In this document: positions 41,568 through 56,314 of the stretch, piece after piece
Layout: each line of letters starts with the position of its first letter
How positions within the stretch are numbered: position 1 is the stretch's first letter
DNA from: Chrysomallon squamiferum
Taxonomy: Eukaryota > Animalia > Mollusca
Assembly (NCBI GenBank): GCA_012295275.1
Contig: CM022673.1
Span: 11,470,001 to 11,534,000, forward strand
Direction: 5' to 3'
Length of the DNA stretch: 64,000 bases
Position numbers and translations under genes: made by a program
Notes under the pieces: generated by a model
Database searches by the model: none
Told to the model about the DNA's origin: nothing
What the model saw: only the letters and a program-made list of their open reading frames with translations

Positions 41568-44500
41568 AAAATTATTTTAAAAAAATAAAAAAATAATAAT
41601 AATACAAAAATCTTTCTTATGTTTTACCTACACTATTTTAAATTATTTTTCAGGTCTTGTTTTTGGTGTGGTTTTTTAAATTCCCTCCTCCCTTAATTGC
41701 CTTTTCATTTTATTTCACTCTTGTTCAACATCATTACAGATAGTTACCCACATTTATGTCTGCCTTAGATCAATCAGTTTTTTATTCCGCAGTCTATTTC
41801 TGACTGTTGTGGTTCTCTTACATTCACAGAGATACAAACACAAAGAGACATTTATTTCCACAAACAAGTACAATACAGATGCAGACAAGCGGTGAAATGA
41901 ATAAAGCCTCAATGGGCTGATGCCAGTAAATGATCTGCCTTGTACCAACACTTCCTACAGTGAGTCCATAAAGTGTTTTTTGACTTGAACTATTTTGGCA
42001 AGTAGACACTACAGGAGAGAAATTACTATCGCATACAGTTTATCAAGAAAAACACCTGTATTAATAAAACATCTTGTGAAGACATTAATTCTTGTTATTT
42101 TCTTTTTATTCTCCTTCCTTTTTTTTTTTTTTTTTTTTTTTGGGGGGTGGGAGGGTTGTTTCAGTCATTTATCTCTGCCTAACCTCTTTTTGAAAAACAT
42201 AGTCCTAAATGTATTTTGCATACATCCCTATGACTGTATATTTTGTATATACATCCATATGATTGTATATCTGTTTATAGAAAAATGGAAAACCTGTAAT
42301 GCTAATAAAAATATTTAGCTGATGACACATCTAACACACTGATAAAACAATCCCTAAAGGAAAGCTGAGTCAAGATTTGTTCTCTTCATTGGGCTATTTA
42401 CCATTCTGATTAGTGCTCCAAACTGACATATTAAAGGTCATGTTATATAAGTATCCTGTATATAAGAAGGTATGACAAAAGAGACCTATTTTTAAAGGAG
42501 TGATTATAGCAAATGCCCTATCCTGTAGCATTATTATACAAAACATTGTGATTTTTGTTTGTATATCTTTTTCTTTCCTTTCTTTCAAATGTGTGTGAGT
42601 GTGTGTGTGTGTGTATGGGTGGGTGTTTATTTAAATTATGAAATTTGAGAAATGGTATCTGTTTTTGCCACTTTTGTCAAACAATAGCAAGGATTTTTTT
42701 GTTAAGTAACTTCACACAAAAATAAAAACAATTAATGGAATGGAAAACAGCCCATTGAAAACATATGTCACACTGTAAGAAGCTAAATATTTTTTTAATT
42801 TGAAACCATAATCATTCTTCAAATAAGTTATTATCCATAATTACGTACTCATTAGAAACCTAACACATCCTAACTAGTTTAATTTATCTAAGTTTATACG
42901 CTGGTTTCAAATTCTTGCATTTTTAGAAGTTGGTTTTCTAATTTTATCATATTTTTGTTACATTTGAAATCTGAGAAATGAAGTCCGCTAATGCTACTCA
43001 TTAGCTAAATAATGTTTTATATACAGATACCCACAGACAGGAAAATATCCATCACTACTTTTGATATAGCCATGGACTGGATGGGAAATCATGATACTAT
43101 ATTATTAGAGCCCACAAGTTCTGGGTGTATGAAATATTTTTTTTATTGTTGTTAACCACAAATCATTATTAAATCTGACATCATGTGTATTCTTGAAGTG
43201 ACTCATGACTTGCAAGCACTCAGCAGAGAGCTAATAAATCAACATTCTAACGATGGGTTAAATCACGTGCTTTAGTGTGTACGTTGTTTTAAAATTTCCA
43301 GCATTGCGTCAAGTTTGTTTTCCAATCTTCTCATCATGTTTTTCATACCTGGGAAGCAACGAATGAGTTGAATTACCACAACAAAAGAATTCTGACTGCA
43401 TCATTATCTGTTATCTGTGGGGTTTTTTTTGTGAACATTTTCCTTGTTAACATCTGAGCCAGCTCCTTTGAAAAATATCTCTTGGTTTACATAGATTTTA
43501 TTAGATGTCTTACTGTACAGTTATTTTCCATTCCAGACAGTGCCTCACAATTATCAATGTATTTGGTTATTTCAAATTCAAGAAAGAATTATCAAAAGGA
43601 CATGGCATGTGCTTTCTTGAGCCATTTCTTTATTTCAAATTCTAGTCATAAGGACACGGTATATATATTTTTTTCCTGTCAGTGGGAAGGTGCTACTGCT
43701 TAACATGATTAGTTCATCTTACAGAAAACACATGTCTGACACCTAACAATCATTAAAATTATATTCACGTGCCACTGAAGTAATATTCAAGTTTGTTATC
43801 TTACACTGATCTGTAATGTAAAAATAATACATAACTTTAGTTTTTCAAGTATGGTGCTTTAATGAGAGATAACTTGAGTTAACATGTACCTGTGAACAAA
43901 AATGATAGATAAGGCAACTTTGCAATGATTTACTAACTGATAATAAAGATAAAGCAACAGGCATGAGTAAACATTGGCAAAGCTTCCTGTAAGTAACAGG
44001 TTTTCATTACGTTGTTGTGGTATTATAAAACACAGGAAAATGTAGCAGTTTTGTGACTATCTTAGTATTGTTACTTTTTGTTGAACTTCATTTGGGTTAA
44101 GTTCTATAAAAAGATATAATCGCATGGAAATATACAAAATATATTTAGATCTGTTGTTTATAGTATCACATATACATTTAACATGTATTCTCACTACACT
44201 ATATATGAGCTTACATTGTTTTTCAACATGCTGTGGATAAAATATTTATAATTTAATACAGCATAATGCCACTAGCATAGCTGTATCTGTTAATCTTACG
44301 CAGCATCTAAGAACTGTCATGTGTATATAATAAATATTCCCTTTACAGTTGCAATTCAATTTAAATAATTCATAAAATATTCATTACTAGCTAGTTTAAT
44401 TAGTCAAACAAAGCAAACAAAAACACACAAGTGGTATAAAGATGACTGCTATTGTGATTAATACTAAAATTAGGTTAATAAATAAATAAAACACAACTGC

Positions 44501-45011
44501 TTATTTTGTCAATGTTTCTCAATCCTTGAGTTGTTGGCATTTTTTTACTTTTCTTCATGGAAATGTATATTTTATTTTTTAAATTTTTTTTTTTTTAATT
44601 TTTTTTTTATTATAATTATTATTATTACTATTATTATTATTATTATTATTTTTTAATGCTTTAAATACAAAAGTTTCACTTAATAAAAAGATGGAAAAGA
44701 ATAAAACAAATTATGATAAAGTATCTTTACTAGAACGTACATTGTTATTGGTTTCCGAGATAACCAATTTTCTTTTTTAATGCATCCCATAATGAGTCTG
44801 GTTTCATCATTTTTCTCATACAGTTGAGTTTCATAGTCTTTCTAATAAACTGGTAATTATTGTCTTTTATTTTTTTTTTATTTTAAATTTTTATCAATTT
44901 TCTTTTTAAAACAGGCAGTTATTTTTTTTTAGATTTCTCATATGTATTGAATAATCACACTTGAAATATCATTATTTTAATTTATTATTTTAATATTACT
45001 CTTTTTTCCTT

Positions 45012-45045
<34 letters not shown>

Positions 45046-46814
45046 CAAATCAACAACAGTGGAAAAACACATACTAAAAAATGAAGAGTTGACATTTTTA
45101 AGTTTAATAGTTATTTTTATCTTTTATCTTTTTCTTTTTTGTATATATATCAAATTGTGCAATAGTATTATATATTTTTTCACAGTATCTGTAATCTAGA
45201 AATTTCAAGAACTATAATCTTGCACTTAAAAACCAAAAAAAAAAAAACAATACAAGAAAAACCTGAAACTATGCAAGTGAACTAACTGTATTTGTGTCTT
45301 TTTATAAAGAAAAACAAAAACAAAAAAAAAAAAAAATAAAATTAATATGGGGAAAAAAAGTAGAAGATGAAAAAATTAAAGAATTAGAAGAAAGTAATGG
45401 CATTCAGAAGACACTAGCAGAGTAAACTAGTTTGACTGTTTCTTTCTGGACTACAGAACCAGGTGAGATGGGCTCTGATAAGGTGAAAAGTCTGCCCTCC
45501 CTGGTGCTTGCTTATTATTCTTATCTCTACAGCAGCTAACTGCAATAGCTGGAATCTGCTTTTGATTCGAAGCATGCTTCTGCACCTCCCTACCTGAAGA
45601 CAGGTAACCCGATATTCTTGTGAAATGATAAACATTACCTACACAGACTGGGGGTTTTGGGGTTTTTTTTTTTTTTTTTTCACCTTCCTTTTCCCACACC
45701 ACACCATGGCCAACAGATGACATAGACAGAGATGATAAATTGTTTTAACGTTGCCCAATTGAGAATTACCAGCACCTATCAGGTATCGGCCACAAAAGAA
45801 AAATGATCTTTCCTGCATGTATGACATCTGTCTACAGAGCATATGGCAAACAATTTCAAAACTTCAAGAAGTTGAATTTTATGACCCTTTTGGGTTTTTT
45901 TTCTTCGTCTATCTTTGTGAGCAACTGAATGTTAAAGTTTTGTAACTGTTGAGATTTGACAAGAAAAAAGACAGGAGAATGTACAGAGATAGAAACTTCA
46001 AAGAAAATGAGTTCTGTTTGTTTTCAAACAAAATTATCTCTACCTAGGAAGTAACATAATGTAAAAAGACGTGACTGTAAATAACTTCATGCCAGGAAAA
46101 AACAACAACATTAAACTCTTAAGCAAGCATATAAATGAATATAATCTGCACATAAATGTGTGCTCATTCACACAAAAATACCCTGAAGCACAGTCATAAA
46201 AAACAAATATTTTTAAACTGAAGTTTATTAGTCATCTTACAAATCTGCACATTTTTATCAGTTTGAAATATGTCAGGCTCAACTCTTAACATTTTTTTTT
46301 TTTTTTTTTTATTATTATTTTTTTTTTTAATTATTTGTTCAAGATGTCTTATATTTGTTTAAAGTAGAGATAATGTTATCATAATGACTGCTTCATACAA
46401 GTTTTTAAATTATTATTACATTTTTATTGATGCTATAATCTGTTTAATATATTCCATTTATAATAAATGGTGGGGTTTTTTGTTGGTTTTTTTCCGTTTT
46501 TTTTAAAGGTTTAAGAGAAAAAAGAAAAGAAAAAAAAAAAAAACATTAACAGAAAAATTAAATAAATCTTGGTTTATGTATACCTATCACTGCAGCATAA
46601 AAGATTAATTAAATAATCTTTAGAACATACTTTTATATCTACTGATCATTAATGTCCTTGTAACTTTTATTATTTAAGTATGTAGTGTACCAAACTTGGA
46701 TCTATTCTACATGAAACAGGAAAACAGTCTTTTTATGTTGTAGTTACTTTATTGATAAAATATTTATGTTATTTAAAATGAACCCCATTTTGAACAGGAA
46801 TTGAAGATTCATCC

Positions 46815-46850
<36 letters not shown>

Positions 46851-49800
46851 TAATAATAATTATCCAGTCTGCCACTGAAGCAAAGAACAGACCGATCTGA
46901 CACTTTCAACAGAAAATGACTGACAAATGTATGTTTGCAAACATCTCATATGCAAAACTGTAATGTTTTTCCATAAGGCCTGGGCTTTTCCAAAGCATGG
47001 CATGCAATATTGGCATCAACAGTGGTTAATGAGGTGGAGTTCCTTGATGCTGATTTGTGTAAAGCACAATATGAGGTGAGTGCTACAGTACCTGATGATC
47101 AGTTTAGCTCTGTTGATTATTAGCATGGAGCGGGCCAAGAGAGGCAGGGTGACCTCAAAACACTGGGTACACTTATCCAAAATGTCTTTTACTGGTGTTT
47201 TAGTATACAGTAAGGTGAGGAATAGTGGGACACAGGCTTAAATCTTCTTGGTGTACAGCTATGGCATCACTTACATTCATTCAGACTAATGCCTTAAGTG
47301 CTAACAAATGGATAGATAAACAGACAGAAAGATAGATAAATAGACAGACAGACTTGCAGGCAGGCAGACAGACAGAATGAAAGAAAGATTGGCAGATAAA
47401 ACATTTTTTTTAGAATCTTGAATAAATAGGTACAAGTTTCTTCACTCATAATGTGTTCGTTTTTATACAACAGAAATAAATGTAACTGTTAATATTAACA
47501 TTTATGTTGAGCTGTTATTAATAAATAATCATTAATTCATTAATAGTTCTTTCCTCCAATACTTTTTTTTTTTTTTTTAAATTTATTTCACTGTAATCTA
47601 ATAAACAAAGAAAACATCCTCAGTTATCTCCCTTCCCTTTACATTTGTATTAAAATGAACATTTGGTTTCCATTAATTTCATTAACAGTTCATTCATCTT
47701 GGCACAATAAACTGACTGCACCTAAACTGACAAGAGTGTTTATTCAATCATGTTGCTCTCAGACTGTTGCATAACAAAACAGTGCATAATTGCAGAAAGT
47801 GTGCATTGAAAGGCTGAAGCTATTAGAACAGTCTCTTAATGATACAAAATGTTTAAGTGTCTGCATATATAAAGATGTTTTAATGGCTTCACAATATAAA
47901 CTTTTTATATAGTGCAGAAATGGTATTAGTTGTAGTAATGATTAAATCACTGAATATAATTTTCTTTCAGTAATATGATAGGTAAAAACACATTATCAAA
48001 AGATTTATGCATGGTTTTGTAAATGCCATCAGCTGCTTTCTAGTTGTCTGTTTCCCATATATATATATATTTTGAGACAATATCATACTTTAAAAAATCC
48101 AAATGAACAAACAAAAAAATTAAACAAAAAAAAAAATTAAAAATTGCACAAAAAATATAAATAGCTCATCATAACATTCATTTTTTTTCTTTACACCAAA
48201 GAAATGGCATACTGTATGTAATATGACTCTTTACATCTTTTATTTTATTTTTATTTTCTTTTTTTTTCTCTCCTGATAACAAATGGGTATAGTGTGTGTG
48301 TGTGTGTGTGTGTGCGTACGTCTTGTATTTATTACAGATGCTAATGGAGCAGAAAAATGGAATAATTATTTTTCATTTTTTTTTCTTTTCTGCTGTCCAA
48401 GTCTATTGCATTGAAAATAACACACATTATAATAAAACTACCAGAGAAGAATTGAAAAATGATTGAGTACCAGTTTTGTTCCTGACATAAAAGTACATTT
48501 CTGATGATGGAATCAACTGCCCTGTACACTTCTGACCAATTGTTTCATTAGTAATTAACTCCAACCTTTACTCATAACAAAGCATGGCTGTAAATTATTA
48601 ATATTGAACATTATATTCTTCTTCTTAATAGGAGTTTTTGACTGCTTTTTTCTTTTCTTTAAAAAAAAAAAAAAAAAAAAAGAAAAAGAAATGGTTTAAT
48701 CATCTTGTCAGTAAATCTATCAGAAAATCTATTCTGTTGCAAAAACAAGAACTAATTAAAGTTTAATGTAAAATGCATCAGCAGCATGGAATCTATTCAG
48801 TGGGGAACAATGAACAGAATAAACAGTACCACCCATCTTTGTCCTATTTCCAAGTTTAAATGTGCTTGTGCAATAAATAATTTATTTTAATTTAATTTAA
48901 TACTTCCAAGGGTGAATTTAATTCTGCAGATTACTACTTGTAACACTATAATATAATAATGATCATAATAACAGCAGTAACAACTACTACTATTACACTT
49001 CAACAGCAGCAGACCAGACACTGAAGTAATCAAAAAGGCAGCTTTTTTTTTTTTTTTTTTTTCATTTTGTGATAACACTATCAAGGAGTTGGTTCAACAC
49101 GATGCACTTTTAAATATTTCAACTGAATTTTAAAAATAAAAACTCACTTTAAAAATAAGAAAATCATTTAAAAATAAACACTGGTAAGAAAGTGAAAGAC
49201 ATGACATCAGAAAACATTTTTTGTTTAATTTTTCAAACTTGGGTGTGTATACAACAAGAAGAGTGATTCAACCAAAAGCTATCTCCTGAAGATAGCGTAC
49301 AAACGCTTACTTTGAAAAACAAAACTGGTATGCAAACCTCTGGAGATTTACAAACATCAGTTTCATGGTAGAATAAGTGATGCAAAGAAGATAACATTTT
49401 AATTACTCTGGCAATCTGCGACAATTCATTTTACAGTATCAGCAAAAAGATAGCTTTTATGGAGGATAATGTTTTTATCACAATGCTTCTGTAAACACAC
49501 AGATACAGGTATCATTAAACAACACATGGCTATGGTTCAGCTCTTCAGGGATTTTGAAACAAGGCAGTATATACGCCAAACTCTCAAATTGTTTGATATG
49601 GTAAGCAAAAACACCTGGGAAACTGTGTATCCAACACGGTTCCCTTTATTTGATAATAATAAATAGGTAATAATAACACGGTTCCTCATTTGTAGTTCAT
49701 CTTGAAAAATGACCTTTGGTAATTTTACTGCCGACATCAAGGAGTTCAGAGAAAATTTATTGAAATTGCTTTGTTTTCAAGCAAACAGCCATAAAACAAA

Positions 49801-50055
49801 AATATCTTAAACAGGAAAGAATTTATTGTCCCTGTGAGTGTGCAGACTGCACTGGTTTTTGTCTTTATGGTTTATATCTTTAACATAAATATACACAGCC
49901 CAATAAATGTTTAATTGCTCCACTAACATTTGCAGCAAATTAAGAGGATGTTAAATTAAAAAAAATCATAATGTACTAAATTATATCTACAGATACAAAG
50001 ATGCTAACTTAAAGATGTTATGTAATAATGAAAAAACTTTTTGTTATATTCCACA

Positions 50056-50172
<117 letters not shown>

Positions 50173-50434
50173 TTAACACACATATGCACACACTAAACAT
50201 TATCCATCATCAAATCTTTTAGCATTTCTAATTCAGTAGGCTCATTCACAGAGCACTTATTTGAATAGTTAAAAAAACAACTAATAAAAAACCCTTAATA
50301 AATAAAGATGTTTAGAAAATCATCTATGCTGGTGAAAAACAGAGTAATTTCATTAAAGTAAATTGAAACTGTCAAATACCAGCAACAACAGTTATTGTGG
50401 CTAATTCAAATTACTGGATACCAAAAGAGACTAT

Positions 50435-50600
50435 TAATTTTGATAAATTTAAATTATCGACTGTCACTTAAGATCCTGTAATAACCAGTATTCATTTTGA
50501 TAAATTTAAATTACCAGCTGTCACATACTGTATTGTAACAACTGACATATTTTGATAAATTCATGTTCTGGAATACCAACACTTATTTCTACATTTTTAT
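50435..50600. repeat. Degenerate tandem repeat of about 56 bp, about 3 copies
   Basis: Recurring TTTTGATAAATTTAAATTA...CTGTCA. Confidence 0.65.
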
Positions 50601-50850
50601 ACATTCAGATTCTCTTATTATTTCCAGACCACAGGAGGAGTGCCAGAGAACTCATTTTTTTTTTTTCAAAAGCAAAATGTAGCACTTGCTGGACAGGAAA
50701 TGGTCAGAAAGGTTAGAAAGTCTCCTTGGGATTGGTAACCATAATACAAATAGAAACCAATCTGTAACATGTGGTATAAATAACTAGAGGTCATTTCAAT
50801 TACATGACTTAGTGTTCTTTATTTGTGCTTTCTAAAAAAATATAACATTA

Positions 50851-51082
50851 AAAACCAAAATGGATTCTAGTACTGTCTACAAAATGATTTGAAAACCAAA
50901 ATGGATTCTAATACTATCTATAAAATGATATGAAAATCAAAATGGATTTTAGTACTATCTATAAAATGATATGAAAACCAAAATGGATTTTAGTACTATC
51001 TATAAAATGATATGAAAACCAAAATGGATTTTAGTACTGTCTATAAAATATGAAAACCAAACTGAATTCTACTACTGTCTAC
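50851..51082. repeat. 41-bp minisatellite, about 5.7 copies
   Basis: Unit AAAACCAAAATGGATTYTAGTACTRTCTATAAAATGATATG, copies starting at 50851, 50892, 50933, 50974, 51015 and 51053. Confidence 0.92.
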
Positions 51083-52153
51083 ATTTTTGACAATTCCTCA
51101 TCTTTTTCTCCTTAGCATTAATTAGCTATAATTAATTGTCAGTTATATATTTTATATACTGTACGGGAACGTGCAAGTGAACATTTTTTTTTCTTTCTGT
51201 AATGGGAAAAACATGAAAAAACCAACAACAACACCATCAGTTAAACTTAGTCTTGGGAATTCTATGAAATTTTTCTTCTATCTAATTCACTAAAAACTTT
51301 CAAACAGTCTTGAGAAAAGAAATTAATGTTTTCACCACATAACTGGAACAGAAAGTAATTACTCTGAAACACGATTTGTAACATGAAATAACTGAAAAAA
51401 TCATTGATTATGTGTTCCACTGCTCATCAAACAAGAAATAACATTTTACAATCTGCATTAAGTCTGTAAATTCACAGTTTAGTATACAACTGGGAAAAAA
51501 AAGATATAAAACTCCACAGTTTCTTCCTATCTCTCAGACATGTTTAAAAATAAACAGATTGAATTTCATCTACATGTCCTTGTCTGCATAGGTTTAGAAA
51601 TTGCCATTGGTAGTGATGGATTTTTAATTAAATCATTAACAAAAAAAACTGTATTTTAATTTTTTGCATTTTTGGGATGTATTTTCTTACTCAGTTAAAA
51701 AAAATATGATAATAAATCAAGTAATCACAAATTTATGATTCAGTAGTTATCAACACAGTGGTACATGTTCACCTATAAATTACAAGGAAACACACGTGCT
51801 GATCAGAAAATGAAAACTCTAGTTGGCTTCCTCTCTGCAATTTTCATTATGTAAAACTTTATGACTGACATTCAATAACCATTTACAGGAAAATGGGTAC
51901 AGATGTTGAATAAATATTAAATTTTTCATGTAGTACCATTCTTAAAAACTTTGTAATTGTGAAAATACCCCAAGCAAAAAAAAATGTGATTATAAATACC
52001 CAAACATGCCAAATTTAGTTAATATATTCTAACTGTAAATGGTAAAACTATTAGGAGTTCACTGGAATCTTTCTGTGGCATTGCTAATTGCAAGTGTTAT
52101 CCTTTGATTTATGTGGCTTGTCTAGAAAACCAATGATTTACAAGATTACTTAC

Positions 52154-52718
52154 CGTGGATGTCCAGGCTGGGGAGTTGCTCTTCCGGGTTCATAATTATA
52201 CTTTCTCAGTTCATCATAATGCCCATTATAAACCTTTGATTGTCTGGTACCATTACTACAATACTGTGTTTGGTACTTTGTATCATCACTGCAGTACCGT
52301 GTTTGATAATTCGTATCATCATTACAGTACCGTGTCTGATAATTTGTATCATCATTACAGTATCGTGCCTGGTAATTTGTATCATTGTTACAGTACTGAG
52401 ATTTGTATCTGACATCACAGAATCCTGGATGAGTGTATCTGTTGTCCCATTATAAAATCCTGACTGTTGGTATTTAGGAACCTCTGTGTAACAGCGTTGT
52501 TCAGGGTAACCTACATTTCTGCTGTTGCTGTTGTTGTCGTCATTGTTGTTGTTGCAACATTCAGTTTTGTAATACACAGTGTCACCGTTGCAATATCCAG
52601 ACTGTTGCTGTTTGGCATAAGCACTGCAGTTGTCGTAGCTGTAGGCTCTCGTCATACACATGTTAGCCTGAGCTGTGTATAGGTATGTCATGTAAATTTG
52701 TTGAGCCATGTCTGACAT
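52154..52718 (-). other. Candidate alternative first coding exon of ARHGAP39 (Tyr/Cys/Asn/Asp-rich, 33-nt repeats), with one apparent frameshift
   Basis: AAAATG at 52718, CG|GTAAGT donor at 52154 in phase 2, matching the 38880 acceptor. Two long overlapping open frames meet at a GGG run (52446-52448). Confidence 0.5.
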
Positions 52719-55700
52719 TTTGAAATCTCGTTTTATTCTGGCCAATTTCTTTTCATCTGTTCTTCAAGGTATTCTGTTCATGAAGCATTCCATAGCTGAT
52801 GCAGTTTTTAATGCAAAAATCAAAACTGAATTTGTTCACAAAATGATATCTGCAGAATTATCATCCAAATGTATTTGATAATTTTGTTCATTAGATGGTA
52901 TTTCACAACAGAATCAATATATATATTTTTTTCATCTAAAATGTAATTTTACAGGCATTTTCATTGATGAACTGGTTTGGCACACAATCAAAGCTGCATG
53001 ATTTTTGTAAAAAATGTGTTACCTTTCACAAATAAACACGTTTCTGGCACAGAATCAAAATGTCATCCAAAACATAAAGACTTCACTGATGAAAAAGATT
53101 ATTACGATGAACCAAAACTACACAATATTAACTAAAATAACTGCATCCTATACAGAACAACCATTTTTCATCTAAGTAGTCTTTGTTTATTAAAAAAAAA
53201 AAATCCTTGCTCAACAGAAGAACAGCAATACAATCAGAATTATTCCCACTTAAAAAGAGTTCATCTCTTTTTTCATTTTTCATCCAAAAAAAAAAAAGAT
53301 TTTGTTGTTAAACTAGATAATGGCAATGCAATAAGAACTATTTCAATCTAAAATAAATTCATCTATGTCCTCATTTTACCCAGGCCTGACTTGCTGACAT
53401 CAACATATATCACAAAACTATGTAACAAGGTGACGTTTCTGAAGAGGACGTTGTATTTTGACTTTGTCCTTCCTGTCACAAAGTCATCTGTCAACTAGAG
53501 TTGTGACAAATCAGATATCTTAATGTTTTAACTGTCCTGTCACTGACTCATACACATTTTGTATCCATGAATAGCCCTAAGTATGATACACATTTAGAAG
53601 TGTTATTTCAGAATCTAACACAAAGATCTATATAGACATCCTGCTTTTAAAATGAAAGAATGAAAGTATGAATGCTTAACAACACCCCAGCAGAAGGGTT
53701 TTTTTTATAACTAATTTAAATACATCTGTGTTCACACATAATTAAATAAGGTAATAAAAGATTTCAGTAAACCCATATTTGCACAATTCAGTATTTAGTT
53801 ATTTTTAATTTAAATATAATAATTAAAAACTTGTATGTTTTTTTTTAGTAAATCCTGTATTATCATAACACAACAATGAAACCTTAGGGAGTCCAATAAA
53901 TTAAGGTTATGCAAGAAAGTCTATAGTTCCGTAATTCAGCCCGTGTAAGCAGATATGTTTTAAATCTTTTTTGAATAGCTTACAAATTTTTAAAATTATT
54001 TATATGACAAGTTATGTTCATACAAGTCATTTATCATAATAAAACATTCTCCAAGAAAAGAAACAAGTGAACCTGTAAAATGAGAATATACAGTTTAATC
54101 CACTATCTTCACAATGTAATTTATCAAATTAAACTCTTTATCAAGAAATAATCCATATTTTGTAAATCAATAAAGAAAAAATAAAAACACAGGATATCCT
54201 CAATAGATGCAATGTCTTGATATAGCTTCCTGTTTTCTCACAGTGTATAGAGTTATAGGAAGAAATCTTGAATTGTATGATTCACATGGTAAAATAAGCC
54301 ATGATCTAAGACAAGACACAGCCAATCACACAGCAGCACCAACAAATACTTCACAGGCACACATTTACTGCCAACAGAAATTCATATTACATGTGCACTG
54401 AATTTCAGAATACTTCATCAGTTCCTCATTATCCTGATTTCTGTTTTCACATGAATAAATTCTTCAAAAGAGATAGAAAATTAATAGAGCATCAATAAAA
54501 ACTATTATTATTTCTTATTATTATTTTTTTTTTTTTAATTATAAAATTTTCAGTATTTATAATAAAAAATTCTATCTTGTAGAAATAAAATTCAAATTTA
54601 TGTTTCTGATCACCAACCACAAAAAAATATTTTTTTTTTTTTTTCTTTTACAATCAATATCTCAAAATATTTTCATCCATGAGCAAAAATGCTGCACCAC
54701 ATTGGAAAAGGAAACATAAAATGACCAACGGTTCAGAAAACACAAACAAACACCTACCACGCTACAAATACAACTACCATCACTATGAGCAGAATGGAAG
54801 CTTGTGCAAATTTATCAGAAGCAGGCAAGATTCTCTGAGACTTGGTGCCTACAGCCTGGTTAACAGTCTTTGAGAAATAACACAACAGTCCACACACAAA
54901 AGGTGCTAGCAAATTTCTGTCAGGCTAGGTTCTTTGGACACACAACATGTAGAGGTAGTCATAGTAGAGCCAGACACAAAGTAACTTTAGACTTACAACG
55001 CCCTGCTTCCATCAATCCAAAGCTATCTCAGTTTTATATATATATATATATATATACCTGGCTTACCTGTCAATCAGGATTTGTAAATAAACAATCATCA
55101 ATCAAAGGGTGTCACAGAAAGGTTTTCAGATACCTGACATTCACCTTTGTATTAAAATAAATACAAGCTGATTATTGTTAGTATGTATTTTTTAAAACTG
55201 TTTCAGAAAAACTGAAGGATATTCTACTAAGTAAAAACATTTTTAAATTAAAAGAAAAAGAAAATGTTTCAGGAAAACACTGATTGAAATTTAAATACAA
55301 GAAAATTTCCATTGGCATTACTTTCTTTTTTCTTTCTTTTAAATCTGAATAAAATTATTCAGATATATAATTCAAAATTGAAGTGTTACATCAGTAAAAA
55401 CTATTTTAAAAAACGAAACCAAAAAAACCTGTATTTAGATAATTATTTTTAAAATAAGAAAGAAAAAAAGAAAACGAAAAAAGAGATAACACTTGCACTT
55501 TTGTGAAAAACTGCTTCAGAAATGATAAACATTACTGCATGTTTGTTTTATTTGGTTACATAAATCTATGTCTTAGCACATATCTGAATGTATGTGGGTG
55601 TTTGTACTAAAAGCTAAACTGTTAGGTTTTTTTTGTTTTTCTGTTTCTTCATATTAACTTTATGTGTAAACAGAAACATGCTTGCCATGTTGAAGAAACA

Positions 55701-55875
55701 GACTGTAACTGTTCTTAATTTGCAGCTGGTCTGACCTCTATTTTCACCAACTATTTTTTTTGCACCAGATGTTTAACAATCAGCAGTGATTTCCATTTTC
55801 ACATCTATCCTAGTAATAACTGAGTACATTTTATCATAACCTCTAGATCTGACTTTGTACTACCATCATCATCAT

Positions 55876-55906
<31 letters not shown>

Positions 55907-56015
55907 ACTACTATTAATATTATTATTTTACATTTTTTAATATTTGTTTATTTATTATTTAATTTTATTTGTTTATTTATCTTAACACATGTCTATTAAA
56001 AATAAATAATAAATA

Positions 56016-56058
<43 letters not shown>

Positions 56059-56273
56059 TTTTTTTTATTTTTTCTTTATTTCATTTCATTTATTAAACTC
56101 TTTCTCTTTTTAGTTTCGTTACTTACATATATTTTCATTTTTTTACTTATTTATATCCTTTTTTCTTTCTTTCTTTATTTATTTAATTTTGAGTTTATTT
56201 TTTTATTTTTATGTTTTCTTGAAACCCAAGCCAAACTATCAGTAAATGTGACATGCATGATTTTTATTTTTAG

Positions 56274-56314
<41 letters not shown>

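Noticed and set aside
50851-51082. Regular 41-bp repeats superficially like a CRISPR array
   Set aside because: Head-to-tail copies with no unique spacers, no cas genes, and eukaryotic intronic context; a minisatellite.
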